Source: Amoebophrya sp. A120
Taxonomy: Eukaryota; Protista; Dinoflagellata
Assembly (NCBI GenBank): GCA_905178155.1
Contig: CAJINV010000010.1
Location: 521,851-585,850 of the forward strand
Reading direction: 5' to 3'
DNA length: 64,000 nucleotides
Shown piece by piece: positions 1 through 13,600 of the stretch. Each line of letters begins with the position of its first letter. Within the stretch, counting starts at the first letter, position 1. Below the pieces are notes generated by a model. The model saw nothing but the letters and a program-made list of their open reading frames with translations, searched no databases and was not told the origin of the DNA. The translations under genes and the position numbers were made by a program.

Positions 1-340
1 GCATCGGCAAACGCAAACTATCCCCGCTGGGACTGCCCTCTAGGCAATGCTCCGCACTCTAGCGAAGCATCATCAAACGCAAAGAATGAAACAAATTGCC
101 CCCACTGGGACTGCCCTCGAGGCAGTGCTCCGCAGTCTAGCGAAGCATCGGCAAACGCAAACTGTCCCCGCTGGGACTGCCCTCTAGGCAATGCTCCGCA
201 CTCTAGCGGGGCATCGGCAAACGCAAACTGCCCCCGCTTGGGCTGCCCTCTAGGCAATGCTCCGCACTCTAGCGAAGCATTGGCAAACGCAAACTGTCCC
301 CGCTGGGACTGCCCTCTAGGCAATGCTCCGCACTCTAGCG
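1..340. repeat. 66-bp tandem repeat, about 5 units, cut by the window start
   Basis: Unit GCATCGGCAAACGCAAAC...CTCTAGCGAA starts at 1, 67, 145, 211 and 277 (one unit is 78 bp). Unit lengths are multiples of 3. Confidence 0.9.
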
Positions 341-722
341 GAACATGTAAACCTGCGTGTAGAAACAGGAATAGCTGCGTCTCACAGCTCAAACCGCAAT
401 CCAAACACCGCGAACGGGAGGCACCCTCCCGCCCCTCTCGCAGGGCACGGGAGTCCGGAACCTCCAGGCATTAGCTTCTAGGGATCTGCCAGCCCATGAA
501 CAAACGAGACCGGAGGATCTTCTTCCAGTCACTCAACGAAAAGAATCTACCAGGGTAGATGTGTCTTTATTTTTTTAAGCTAAAACTGCGAGAAAATTCA
601 ATAACGACATCAGATCGGAAAGCGAGGTGATACAAGCCAGCGCCTTTGCAGCGATCTGTGCTACGTTCTGCGTACAGCCGGCGAAGCCTCAAGATTGAGG
701 AGGCATGGAACGACAATAAATA

Positions 723-3500
723 TCACGCCGTACACAGCTTGCCATCAAAAGCTTCTGAGATCTCCAGGCTGAGTGACCAGTCGTTTTCCATCATTGGGTC
801 TGCCGCACGCCTGGCCGATAAGTCCTGTATAATTCTGCCGCAGACGAAAAGCTCCGGCGCATCGGGTAAAATGACTCTTCTGGTTTTCGTGCGGGAGATA
901 GCATTCGCGGTATGGATTGCAAAAGTGTCTGGGTCTGGAAGATTGCAACTTGTCATGCTAAATCCGAATCATGCAGAAATCTGTGTTGCATGAGTGCCAA
1001 AAGCTGTCCCCTTTTGACCAAGTTGAGAGGGAGTTTCTCACGCAGGAGAGGCATGATAGAGACCTCAAAGAATCTGTCATGCTGCGTCTCGCATTCCAGA
1101 CCTCATAAGTCAAGGAAAAGCTGCATCACAAATCTTGCATTCTTCCAGACCCAGACATTTTTACACTTCATACGCGGTGCGATCTGCCCAAGTACTCGGG
1201 TCCTCACCAGGAGCCGGCATATCCCACGAAAAAAGTGTTACAGTTACACATTTGGCGTCAATTCAGCAACACAAATATCTCCGCATGAGAGAGAAAACTT
1301 GCATTGCTGAAATCCTACGGGAAAACACGTAAGAAACAAGGTTTGAAAGCATTTCGTGCATGACAGAGGTTGTCTGCCATGCGTGTTTTGAAAAACAATC
1401 AATGTGTAACTGTAACACTTTTTTCTTGCGATACGGCACGATCGTTCGATGCTGGCCCGAATCCGCGTCCCGTACGACAGCGTGCCATTGCCATTTTGTA
1501 TCCCAGGCCAGCTTATCTTTTGCTTCGTTCGACAGATCGACACCAGGTCCTCCCGCTTCGACGACTAGCCGGAAATGCGGGGTGGGCTCGGCCACGATAC
1601 GACGGTCGTAGCGATAAAAGTAGGCTGGCGCTCCAGATGGTAGTAGATTGGCGCCCCGCCGAGGACGCCAATAGATGGTGTAGGATGATGCGGGATCAAG
1701 GAGTGTACGGTTTGTGGCCATTTCAGCGCTTTGCAGGTCCGGTCGCTTCAAAACCGCTTCCAGACGACGCAAAAAATACTGGAAGCTCTCATCCAAAGGG
1801 CCGACGTAGTCAGAAATGATCCTCGATGTGGCAGCAATTCTTGTCCCCGTGGATTGATGTTCCCCTCCGTTCTGATCGAACTGCTGCAGCACCGAGGCAG
1901 TCGTTCCGCCTGTAGTAGTAGCAGCGCCGGATTTTTGCTCAGAAGTCGTGGTCCGGTAGGACAGCAACTGCTGCGCGAAACCAAAAGCCATCGGGGGGAC
2001 CGGCGTTGTGCTACGGAACCGGCGACTCACGCTTCGAAGCGCGAGGAGGGGGTGCGGTGCATCTGCATCTGCATCCCCCTGCGCGGGCGAGCCGAGCATG
2101 GGCAGCTGAATGAAACGCTTCCGGGACTTTTGCATTAGATGGACGGCAAATTTTCTTGCCGCCTCTTTGACGCGATCGGTCAAAGGACCGTAGTAGTAGT
2201 CTGGACCTGGAGTAGAAGCCAACCGGCTTTCCCAGCTGCTTTCCGCGAGAAAAGCCGCCAACTCGGTACGCATCTTCTCCGCCAGCGGGCCTCGTGCCCG
2301 CCCGGGGAGCACCAGGGGCCGATAAAGTTCCGGCGTCGCCGCCCATTCCGGCGTCGTATGGATTGTAAAAATGTCTGGGTCTGGAAGGATTCGAATTTGT
2401 GATGCGAAGTCTACATCATCATACAATCTGTCATGCATGGCTAGCAAAACGCCCCATGTCTTGTTTCCGAGAGAGAGGATTTGTCATGCGGATTAGGCAT
2501 TGGGATAAGTGCTCAAAATCTGTGATGCTAGAGCTTGCATGCCGGACGATCTGGGTCAGGCAAAAACTGCATGACAGATCTCGCATTCTTCCAGACCCAG
2601 ACATATTTGCAATCCATACGTCGCCCTGTCGTGCAACAAGGAGTCGAAAACTTCGTGCAGGGGATATCCTGAGTAAAAACGTACCCACACCAGAGTTGTA
2701 ATGCAGATTTGCAAAGACAGGAACACTTGTAATGCGCATCCCCATGAGAGCCATTTCCAATCGTGTTTTGGAATTTGTGATGCTGTGAACAGGCTGAGTA
2801 GCTGGATTTGTGACGCGGCTGCACTTTCTAACCTGCACTACACTGCAGAGCGCAACTTGTCACGCGTGACGCACAAAACTCCTAGGTTTGTGTTGCAAAA
2901 TCCCCATCCTGACTCTGGTGTGGGTACGTTTTTACTCAGGATAGGGGAGTGGCGTTGTTTTCCAAGTACGGACAGACTCTATTTGTCCACGTGTCCTTGT
3001 ATGGAGAAGTAAATTAACTTAAAATGAAGACCATCACTCGGCACTGAGTTCCAATTTTGGCATCTGAAGGAACTTTTAAATGTTGAAGGGTTATGATGTC
3101 ATGCGCTGTATCTTAGCCATCTAGCATGCTGCAGGCACGTGCTCGTCCTTCATCTGCTCGTATTCTGATTTATTAGAGCGTCGCGGCTCCTGCCTGCAAA
3201 TTGTACAAATGCAAAGTGGTTTGTTTACAACATGTAGTGTTGGCGCCTCATTTGTTGTTCCACCTCCTGGGATACGTCTGCAATATCCATCGACGTAGCT
3301 GCACCAATCGACAATGCTCCCGATGGTACGCTCGAGGCGGCAACCTCCAGGTGATCCGCTGTAGTAGTGCGGGGGGAACTCTTAAATTTCTGCGAGGCCT
3401 GGTGCGTCGAAGCCTGCACCACAGCCAGGCATGTTGAGCTGGCAACGATACAGGCACGTAACGGCAACAACCGCAGGAATACACTACTTCTCGGCGACAT
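723..3500 (-). CDS. Hypothetical, possibly secreted protein with 4 introner introns
   Basis: Removing elements 911, 1220, 2357 and 2665 plus one TSD each joins the ORFs in frame (..TIVP|APGEDPSTWADRTA|NAISRT..stop 723). The hydrophobic N-terminus MSPRSSVFLRLLPLRACIVA is at 3500; its link across 3010-3225 is not resolved. Confidence 0.6.
911..1172. mobile_element. Introner family A (262 bp)
   Basis: TIR TATGGATTGCAAAAGTGTCTGGGTCTGGAAG / inverse; TSD CGCGG. Confidence 0.95.
1220..1433. mobile_element. Introner family B (214 bp)
   Basis: TIR TATC...GAAAAAAGTGTTACAGTTACACATT; TSD CGGCA. Confidence 0.95.
2357..2618. mobile_element. Introner family A (262 bp)
   Basis: Family A TIRs; TSD CGTCG. 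Confidence 0.95.
2665..2943. mobile_element. Introner family C (279 bp)
   Basis: TIR TATCCTGAGTAAAAACGTACCCACACCAGAGT; TSD GGGGA. Confidence 0.95.
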
Positions 3501-3914
3501 TATCTCCACTCCTACCTTGTGAAAACAAATTATATCTTTAGTCAAAATAAAACTGTCGTTGTCTACCTCTCTAGGCGACAAAAAATGCTGTTAAGCACAA
3601 CGAACCAGCAAAAATTGTGCTACTTAAGTGTAGAAGTGTCAGGCTTCACCTACAAGCTGCAATCTCAACCTGATGTAGAAGTCAGAACAATAGGTCGTGG
3701 GGGCAAAACGAACCAGACAGCCCACGACGGCAGATCGGTCAGACAAAAAGATCGCGTGGCCTCGTTTTTTAGCAGGCTTGTTGCGGGGACCCCTGGGCGA
3801 TCTTGAAATTCTAGAAAACCAGTTTTGTTCGTTCTCATGCGGTTTGTTGATCAAGAACTTCTTCGCAGTTTGGGAGCTCAAAGTTTCGGTTTGTTATGCA
3901 AAAAGGAGCTCAAC

Positions 3915-6552
3915 TATGAGATCGTCTGAGCGATTCAAAATCAAGCGATTCAAAATTTTTTCTTCACATATCAGGGATTTCCTGACTCTTGAAAAGAGCA
4001 GCAGCATTGCTGTGCTGCATTTGACATGTTTTTTTGCGCTCGTCGAAACGTCACCCAGAAGAGTGTCAAACGAAACAGCAAGGCCGATCTCGACTTGAGC
4101 TCGTTACTTTGGCATGTGTGAACGCAATAAAACTAAGGGCAAGGCGAGCGCCTGCATTCATGAACCCGGAGCATTTGAAGAAGCAAGGGCCAACAGAGTA
4201 GGCGATCCAACAGATGCCTCTCAGGCCCACACCCTCCACTACTTGGCCCCAAAACGTGGCCGCAACCGCTGTCGGAAATAGCGGCTTCACGTGAGCGGCG
4301 GCAGAGAGGCGACGGGCTACGCACCTAAAAAAGCAGGGCCGTCCCCAGCCGGAGCTAGTCAGAGTGGCGCCAGCGCGCGGCCCATTATTCTGCCACCGCC
4401 TAGGTGGCGTTGTCTCCTGCGCGGTTTTTCTCGCATACATACAAAGAATAAGGGGCTGAAAGCCTAGCGACGAAAAACGCGCCCGCCGTTGTGTAGTGAG
4501 GGCCCCAACCCCGAAACAATGCGGCGCCACTCTCGTCATCCGTTTTGCTTTTTCTCTTGGTTGCGGGCCACGAAAAGTCCGCCAGACCTCTTGTGGAGGA
4601 AGGTGGCGTGGCCGATTTCAGTTTGGGCTACGGGCGTTGCCACCGGGAGAGGGAAAAACACGACGCGCTGCGGCCGCATTGCCAAACATGGCACAGCGCC
4701 ACCGCATAAAAACACATAACGCCTGCGCCGCCAGGCTACCCAGGGGCCCGGTGCTAGCGGTGCGGACTTTTGGCAGCTTTCTAAATGTGCTGCTGAGCAT
4801 GCCGCCTTGGCCGGGCTTACGATGTGCTATGTCTCCACTTGAGCCCACCCCACGGCAGCTTCTGCGCCTTTCCTGTAGTTGCCTGTGATCGGTGGGGCAG
4901 CGTTTGCCGGTCCCCCCACCAGTGGAAGACCCTCGTCTCTGGCCGGCGGCCTTTCTGTTCGTGGCCCTTTTCTTCTGGCCGCCAAAGTTTATTGGGCAAC
5001 AGCGCGGGGCTCCGCCTGTATTTCTTCAGCTTTGGCGCCGTGCATCAGCCGCGTGCCGCCGTGTATCCGCCAAAAACCTGCACAAAAAGAGCTGATCGCG
5101 GCACTTTTTGAATAGAATGTAAGGCGGAAAGTGCAAATTCCACGGTTTTGCAATTTGCCGATTCAAATGAGGTCCTTTTGAATCGCCGAAACCCTTCAAA
5201 AAGGACCTCTATCGAGATCCAGCATACCGTCGTGATTCCGGCTCTCGGGGGAGGCCAAAAAGGGGGTCCCGGATTGACCCCCTTCAGGAGCCGAAATCGG
5301 CCAAGCGCGACGGTATGCTCAAGAACAATGGAAAATCACGAATCGCGACGCTATGGCGCGGCCCTCTTTCATAAATAATGACCTCCACACCTTCGGCACC
5401 ATGCCCGCCCCGCCCCTTCCGAGCGCCGCTACAAGGCTTGCAAAGCCCCGCCATCAGCTCCGGACCCGCCTGCGACCCCCGGGAAGCCTCTCTCTGCGCG
5501 ACTGGCTCCGCCGGCGCCCTTTCTCGTGCCAGACGGGGCCCACAACAACGCCCAGCCGCCCTCGCGACTCCCCCCAGAGCCGCCCCTGTCGCGAAGCTGA
5601 TACCCGCGCCCCGGCGACGTCAGTCCACCAAGTAGCCCACGACATTGGCCCGCTGGCGGACTTGCCAAGGGGCCGGGCCCCCCAGTGCCATAGCAGCCGT
5701 GGGGCGCCTGCGCCCCAAACCCTCGGCGCCTTGGCCCGCCCTTCTTTGCATCTACACGGAGGAAACAACGCACCTGTGCGCCGCGTTTGTTGCTTTTTTT
5801 GTTGGCAAAGTAGCCCGCGCGGTCTCCGTGGACCTGGTCGAGGCTGTCGCAGGTTTACAGCCTTTACGCGAGCAGGCCCAATGGCATGCCCACCACGGCG
5901 CACCAGAAGCCGCCACGCCCGGCGGTCGGCCCGCTTGGGTTTTGGAATGGGCGCTGAGTTGCCCTTCACATGGCTGACGCGCGTTTTTCCCGGTACACAA
6001 CGAACTTGGCGGCACTGTTGCGTCTTGTTTTTCCGATCATTTCATGGCTTCCCGCGCACTCGCTGACTTCATCCCCTGCTTTGAAGCCTGTATAAAATGA
6101 AGTAGCTGCCTCAAGTTGAGGATGGCCACGCTGGCTTCTTTCGTAGTCTTTTGCGCGTCGTTTGGGTGATTACAAAAAGCGGCAAAAGCCGCACCATGTT
6201 GGTGGCCTCCTTTTTGTTTAAGAGTCGGAAGCGCGCCAAATACGGAAGCGATTTCTGCTGCCGCCTTACCTTTCCAGACACACGACGAAGATTCATTTCG
6301 CAGAAGGCAGCTGCGTATCTGTATTTGGAGGGAAAAAATGACCTCCAAGAACAGCCAATGTAGATAGCTCAAGTTGACGTCGGCCCACATATTTTACTTC
6401 CATAAGCTGGCGCCGACATCTCCGCCACTTACCTGAAACTGCTCCGCGCGACGCCGAATCCGGGGACGTTTTGGGAGCAGTTGATGGGATGCGTTTTATT
6501 TGAAAAAAAAATTTTGAATCGCTTGGGTTTGAATCGCTCAGACGATCCCATA
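3915..6552. mobile_element. Large (2638 bp) TIR element with introner-type ends
   Basis: About 50-bp TIR TATGAGATCGTCTGAGCGATTCAAAATCAAGCGATTCAAAATTTTTT with its inverse at ~6500-6552; perfect TSD TCAAC (3910-3914, 6553-6557). Confidence 0.9.
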
Positions 6553-7640
6553 TCAACCCCGGAAAAGCAAATCTGTGTTGCAAAGGTGAACAGCTTCGGA
6601 ACTAAGATCTTGAAGGTCTTCATCTTCCCAGATCCGAATAATGAAAAAAGTCGAAATTGAACGAAGCGATCGAGGGAACGACGTGGCGCAGCCAATTTTA
6701 GAAATGAGTCTTGATCAACATCTTTTGATCCGCAGCTATATTTATAGCATAATCTGTTCTTCACGCGCATCAACCTCCTCAGGAAGATGGCGGCACTATG
6801 ATCCTGGGCTCAGACGTTGGTACGACACAGGCATCCTGCCTTGACATTCCATTTTCCAGATGCTCTACTTGGTCATCCTCTGAATCGTCTCTTCTCCTTG
6901 TAAACTAACACTGAAGATTTTGGCCGATGGAACACTAACAATCAACGACGAAAGGAACAAGAGAAGGGAAGTTTTATCGCACTTTCAAGTGCTTTGTCAA
7001 AACCTCAGTCAATCAATGAGGTCTTTCTATTTCCGTAAAAATTGCAGGCTTCATATAATTCTCGGGGGCATAGTGATAATTTTAAGTACAATTTTGTCTT
7101 CAACTCACAGACTCGAACTCGGCCTGTCTGACATTGAAACGAAAAGTGATAGCAAGCTGTCACGAAATCATACAAGATGCGGGGAAATACCAGCTCGGTG
7201 GTCCTCGTAAACTTTTCCAGAATTCTTGCTCTGCGTGACTATGATCAACAAACTTAGCATAAATTAGTACCTCGGAGTGAAACATTGTTCTAAAAAATAG
7301 TAGGAGAGCGCGCGGCGAGTACATTGAATGCGAGATCATTGCTGCACTGCAGCAACTTAGACTGATAGAAAGAAGTTTCTTGTTCAAACACTTCTACGCA
7401 AAGCTGCTTTTGCGTTGATTTTTCTCTACTTGGTACAGGACGAACAGGATGCATTTTATCACGAATTTTTGTTTTTCGGAGTGGTCAAACAATACAAAAT
7501 ATCAACATCAAATTCAAAGAGCCTTTACGCGTTTAATACAAGCATATGTCTCTTCCGGTGGTGGAAATGATTCATCAACTTTCTTCGTATACTAGAAAAC
7601 GTAGAGGTAGATTCTTATAAAACAGCTTTCGACCCGTTAG

Positions 7641-10600
7641 TTACTCTTCTCGCCGCATGGTTCGGGCCTGCCGAATCCTCCGCGGGGGTACCTGCTGGTG
7701 CACCAACAGCCGGTGATGCTCTTCAGCATGCCCGTCTTCCGCCGCCGGTGCGTCCTCCTCCTCGTCCTCCTCTCGCAAGACCTCTTCCTGGACGAAGTGC
7801 TTTCTACTGTTTGCATTTGTAGTCCTACTTGCAGGTCTGTTCTTTCTCCCATAAGAGTTCTTCTCTCTGTCCGGGCTGGAACTTGTTGTTTTTCCGCGGT
7901 TCATCTCTGGGTGTGCTTCTACTTGTTCGCGGTGAAGCAGTGTCGACGGCGGAGAAATTTTCTTGATATTGTTAGTACTGTGTAACGACAACTTTTTTGT
8001 TGACGCACCATGTTGCTCATCCTGCTCCAATATTTTTCTCGTCGGCGGCACTTCTGGACTACTGTCTCTAGTACTGCTTCTGCTTGTAGTAGTTTTCCCA
8101 ACTTTATTCTGCGACTTGTGCTGGTACTCTGCCAGTGCCATTTGGTTCGCAGAGAGGTGTTGTGCGTGCATCAAATGGCGCTCGTCCTGCTTGTTCTGCT
8201 CGTAGTTATCCGCCAATAAATGCTGAACATCTTCTACCGCTTTCACCACCCTCTGCCCCGGCACGTGCTGCACTTCTGGATGAAAAGCTGCAAGCACTTC
8301 CGCAATTCGCTCCGCATCTTCGTCCTCGAACTCCTCTTCCTGATTGTTGGGCCCCTCATCTGCAGGTCCTCGTTCTAGTGCTTCCGTGTCGACGCCCTCG
8401 TTGTCGTTTTCATCTGCGCCTGGACTTGGTTCATCATCCATCTCATCGGCTCCTCCAGCCTCGGGTTGTTCTTGTTCTTCCTCCGAGGGAGGTGGCGTTT
8501 CCTCAAGAACTCGAGCAGACTCCACATCATCATCGTCTCCTGCACTCGCAGCTGCACCTCCTACTGCGTCTCCTTTTGCGGTCTCAACAGCTTCATCTTC
8601 TGGAGTCGCAGGTGCTGGAGCACCACGACCATGATCTTCATCACTACCTGTGGACGACGAGAGCGCAGGCGGCGGAGAAGACGGCACAAGCTCTTCCTCC
8701 GACGTCGCACCAGCAGAAGTTCCTGCAACTACTTCCGAGTCGTCCGACTGTTCGCCAATTATTGCAGTCTCCTCGTCCTCGACCCCTTCATTGCTCGACG
8801 GGGACACGACAGACTCAGCGCCTGCTTCCTCTTCCGCAGGAGCAGATCCGTTTATTTTCTCAGCTGTTTCTTCGAGATTTTCGTCATGTTGATCTGGTGC
8901 TTGGTCCGCATCTACTTGTGTGGAAGGGGTACTTCTAGACGGGCCTTCATTTTCGGGAATATTCTGCTCCGGAGCTACTTCCACCTCCTGCTGTTCTTGA
9001 TCGTCCGTCCCAGGTGTTGTATTTTCACTTGTTTGATGCCCAGCAGAATTGCCGCTGTCGGCCTGTGCGCGGCCATCCTCCAGCTCTTCTTGTTCATCCT
9101 GCTGCTCGGTCGGCAGTTCTTCAGAGTGCGGTGACTCGCTTTCTTGTTTTTCCTCTTCCGTCGGCGGACCATATGGCGTTCTCAAACGTTACATTCTCAG
9201 CTGTTACATGAATTTGTCATGCAAAAGTGCCTTGAGCCGGCAGATGATCGAGCTGCTTCGCATGACAAATTTCGGAAAGGCTAGACAGCATCTAAATCTG
9301 CGCCAAACTTGTAATGCAAAAGGTACAATCTTCCTCCTTTCACTTTTGCCAGTCTTGCATTACAAATTCATGTAACAGTTGAGAATGTAACATTTGAGAA
9401 CTCCATAGACCATTTTTCTCTTGTTGTGCAGCTGTGTTCAACATGTTCTCCTGCTCCTCGTCAGGCACAACAACATTTTTATCTTCCTCCGCAGGAGCCG
9501 TCTCGACCACTTGCTCATCCGTTGTCGCCTCTTCATCTTCTTGTGCACTGCAAATATGTCTGGGTCTGGAAGGTTGGAACTTGCAATGCTAGTCTTACAT
9601 TCCTGGTAGATCTGTATTGCATGACCAACAGAAGTCGCAGCCTCTCTTGTCATACAAAGACGCAGTTTCTCATGCAGGGTGCGTATAATGTGGAAGGGTT
9701 CTGCAAACTTGTCGTGCTCCCCTGCCTGAGGGAGCGTTTTCCTCATGCACATTTTAGCATGACAAATTTGAAATTTCGAGACCCATACTACACATTTGCA
9801 TTTCATATTTCTTGTGCCTCATTGATGTTGTTCACCTGGTCCACCGGGTCGACGTTCATATCCGTTTCAGTTTGTCTATTTGACACGACTGAAGGCACTT
9901 GATGGTCCTCTGCAGCTCCGCTTTCCGAAATATTAACGCTCTGCTCGTCCGCCTCTTGTTCTACTACTTCCATCGGTGTAGCAGCAATACCATCAGTAAA
10001 AACATCTTCACCCCCGCCGGTTGTAATGTCCTCTCCTTTATCAAATGCAAAACTGTCTGGGTCTGGAAGATTCTGAGACTTGTCATGCACGTTTTGCATG
10101 AGGCATGATGTCTGTGATGCATACCGTAGCATCACAGATTTTTCGAGGGGTTCTTGATGCCTATTTCGCATGACAAATGCCCTATCCGCGTGGCAATAGC
10201 AAAAAGTACATTCCCTTTGCTCCTCATGCAATGCAAATTTTTTTGGAATCCCAATGCAGCGTCACAGGTTGCATTCTTCCAGACCCAGACATTTTTGCAT
10301 TTGATATCCTTGCCGCTCTTGCTCTTCTTCATCTTCGTCCGAAGACATGATTTGATTTTCAACATCTGAGTCGTTTGTTTTTACTACTTCGCCGACTTGT
10401 TCAGGATCGATTTCTGCTGCTGGTTGTGCAGGATCGTCTTCTTCACTGGTGTGATGCTCTGCTTCTGAGTCCTCTTCTTCCTCATTGCTGTCCTCGGCAG
10501 ATGAAGCAAGAGTGGTCGCAGGTGTGTCGTCTGTAGTAGTTGCGCCACCCTCCGCCTCCGCGTCCGCGTCACCCTCCGCATCCGCGTGTTCATCTGGTAC

Positions 10601-13600
10601 TTGTACCTCTGGCCCCGGTTGCTCCACCTCCCCGTCTGCATCCACGTCAACTTCCTCTCCTTCATCATTCTCCGCTGCTGCATCCTGCTGCTGCTTCTGC
10701 TGCTGCTGTAGTAGAGCCGCGGGTTGCTGACCCACCGCCGTGGTCGAAGTGGTAGTAGTTGTCGTGTTGGTGTCATTTTTGTCTGTCAAATTAAACCTCG
10801 CTGTGAGGGTCGTCGTGACCTCTCCCGGCTCTCCGGTGAACGCGTTCCCGGCTGGCATGGGCTCTGTCGGCGAGAGTCCGGATCTAGCGAGCGCAAGGCC
10901 GACCGACGGCTGGTCCGCACGGCTGAAAACTGCGTAGTACCTGTTTTTTTAACATCCTGTAGTTTGTTGGTCCTCTCGTGTGTAAGAATGTCCAGAAAAC
11001 AGGTCTGTAGCGCGCATGGCACTGTCCTGCGAAAGAGTGAGCGCACGGTGCGCACGAGAGATAGATGTGTTTGAAGAAATGTTGAAGTGACTGTATCAGG
11101 AGCAGAGCAAAGTACTAAAGCTTCTAAATCTAGTAGAAAGTTAATAGTTAGTACTTCCGCATGAAGGCCATTCCCGCGACGATCGCGCCACCCGGAATGC
11201 TTTCATTCGGAATGTATCCTGGGCAAAAACATCCCCACCCCAGAGTCAAGATGGGGACCTCGCAACACAAGGCGAGAAGTTTTGGGAGTCACGCATGACA
11301 ATTTCCTCTCTGTATTGTAGTGCATGTGCAGTTTAGCAAGCGCAGCAGTGGAGCATAAAGCACTCTACTCATCCTGTTTTACAGCATTACAAAGTTCAAA
11401 ACGCGATTGGAAATGCCTCTCATGGGGGTGCCTCAGCTCTTTATATGATTGACTGCAAGTCCAAATCTGCCTGACAACTATGGGGTGGGGACGTTTTTCA
11501 CTCAGGATAGAATGTCCAAGGGCGTCATTGCCAAACTGCACATCATTTCCCCCTGGTCCACCTCTGCGAGACTGCTCGCGCCGCCTTCTGCACCGCGAAG
11601 CCTGCTCTTTGACAACTTCAATTTTCGTCGGGCCGCGGCGGACGCGGACATTGTTGTTGGCAAAGTCGCAATCATGTAGTCGTCCCTCGTCAACCGCATC
11701 GGCCGCACCTATCAAATGCAAAAGTATCGTACGGTACTCGTAGAAATGCATCACAAATTTTCTCAGCATGAAAAATTAAATTCGTAGTGCGGATTTACCT
11801 TAAGGAAGAGATTTGTAATGCATGATTGCAATTACTACGAGTACGATACTTTTGCACAGGATAGCACCTCCCCGGCAGCATTTCTCAAGTGAAACGTCAG
11901 ATCCGCGTAGATGTTTTGTTGGTACGCCACGTCGCGGCACCGCCGGTCTGGCAACAGCCGTTTTAACTCCCGGTAAACATGTTTTGGAATTGTGAACAGC
12001 CTGTATCCACTGCAAATGTGTCAGTCTGTGCATGGAACAGTGATTTGAAACTTGTGACGCTACTATAGGATTCTTATTCTAAAAAACGCTGCATTTTTGC
12101 CTGAGAGAGCAGTAAGAGGAATCAAGTTTTTGCTACGCGGACGAGAGGGCAACATTTTTCATGCGGGATAAGTTGATCAAGAAACACACAGAAAATCTAA
12201 TGATGCTAGGGCATACTTACATCATGAGAGAATCATCCTCATGCATCATGCACAACGTGCATGACAAACATTGCACTCTTCCAGACCCAGATGACATCAT
12301 ACATGCAGTTGATAGACTGGTGCCGGAATCTATGATGAGGTTTTTCACTGTTACGGGGATATCGTGATTCCGCAGCTTTTTCTCATCCTCCGGGGACAGA
12401 CCACTACCACCGGGAGAATTATATTTGTATGCATTGCAAAGGCATCGCATCGTACTAGTATGAATTGCATTACAAATTTGCTCAGCATGAGATGAACTGG
12501 AATTTGTCATGCTGTTCTACCTTAAGGACAAGACTCGTCATTCATAATTGCAAGTAGTACGTGTACGAGTACGATACTTTTGCACAGGATAACTTGCCCA
12601 CTGGGTCGATATTATTTGCCGTTTTAGAATCTTCCTGCTCGCCAGTGTTGTTGTTGGTTTCGTTGGACGATGTTGTACTGTTCTTTGTCGAATTGTTGGA
12701 CGATGGGTCGTCACCGAGTGTAGAAATTGTCCGGCTGCTCCCAGTACTGGTGCTCACGGAGTGCTGTTGGTGACCACGCTGGCCGTGATGGTGCACCGCC
12801 GCTTTTGATGTAGACAACCCCGATTTGGAGGTTCTCAGTTGTTCTGTCGTTGTAGTTGTTCCTGCGAGATGTGGCTCTTGTTCAGAGGCTATTGTTGTTG
12901 TACTACTTCTCGCTCCGTGAATATAATTCTCCTGTTCTTCTTGCAAAGAAGACGTGCTGTGTCGGTGCACAGCGATACCCGGCAAGGAATTGGAATTCAT
13001 TTTCGCATGATGATCCGTAGTCTTCGCATTCGCACGCCGGCTGTGTCGAACAAGTTGCACCTGCTGCTGAGGTAGTTCAGGCTTGGCTGCGGCTGGTGTC
13101 GGCCAGTTGTGTTCTTTATTCGAAACCTGTGAAGAATCATCCGCATCGAAAGATTACTTTTACAATTGCCAGCTGACATACGCTACTTCTCGTTCTCCCT
13201 GAGGTGAAACCTTTACTCCACATGAATTGCATTCTTGCAAAAAAACCTTGCACCTGGGCGCAGAGCAGGAGGACAGATCCTAAGTACTTCAAAACAAGAT
13301 CACATCTCATAGAACAAAGATAGATACTTACCGACGGTCTCGTCCCCACGACCGCCCGCTGCCTCTCCTGCCGCTTTTTCTCCCCGATCCTGACTCGGTA
13401 CCGGTGCATCTCTATCCAAGGAAAAAAGTGTTACAGATACACATTTGTAATGAACTCAGCATCACAAATTTGCCTCGCATGACGGAGAAAACTTGTAATG
13501 CAGAGATCATAAGGCAAAACACACACGAAACGAGACCCGCAAGCATTTTGCGCATGACAGAGGTCGTCTGCCTTGGGTGTTTTGCAACACAATGTGTAAG

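Noticed and set aside
5353-6066. 237-aa plus-strand ORF as the transposase
   Set aside because: Pro/Arg-rich, GC-driven composition and no catalytic motif recognised; kept only as interior of the large element.
8135-9211. Long plus-strand ORFs over low-complexity exons (also 30138-30791 and 41730-42502)
   Set aside because: Antisense shadows of the minus-strand coding regions.
7641-10858. Acidic low-complexity ORFs as a separate gene
   Set aside because: The frame continues upstream without a stop into the protease C-terminal motif YYAVFSRADQPSVGLALA.
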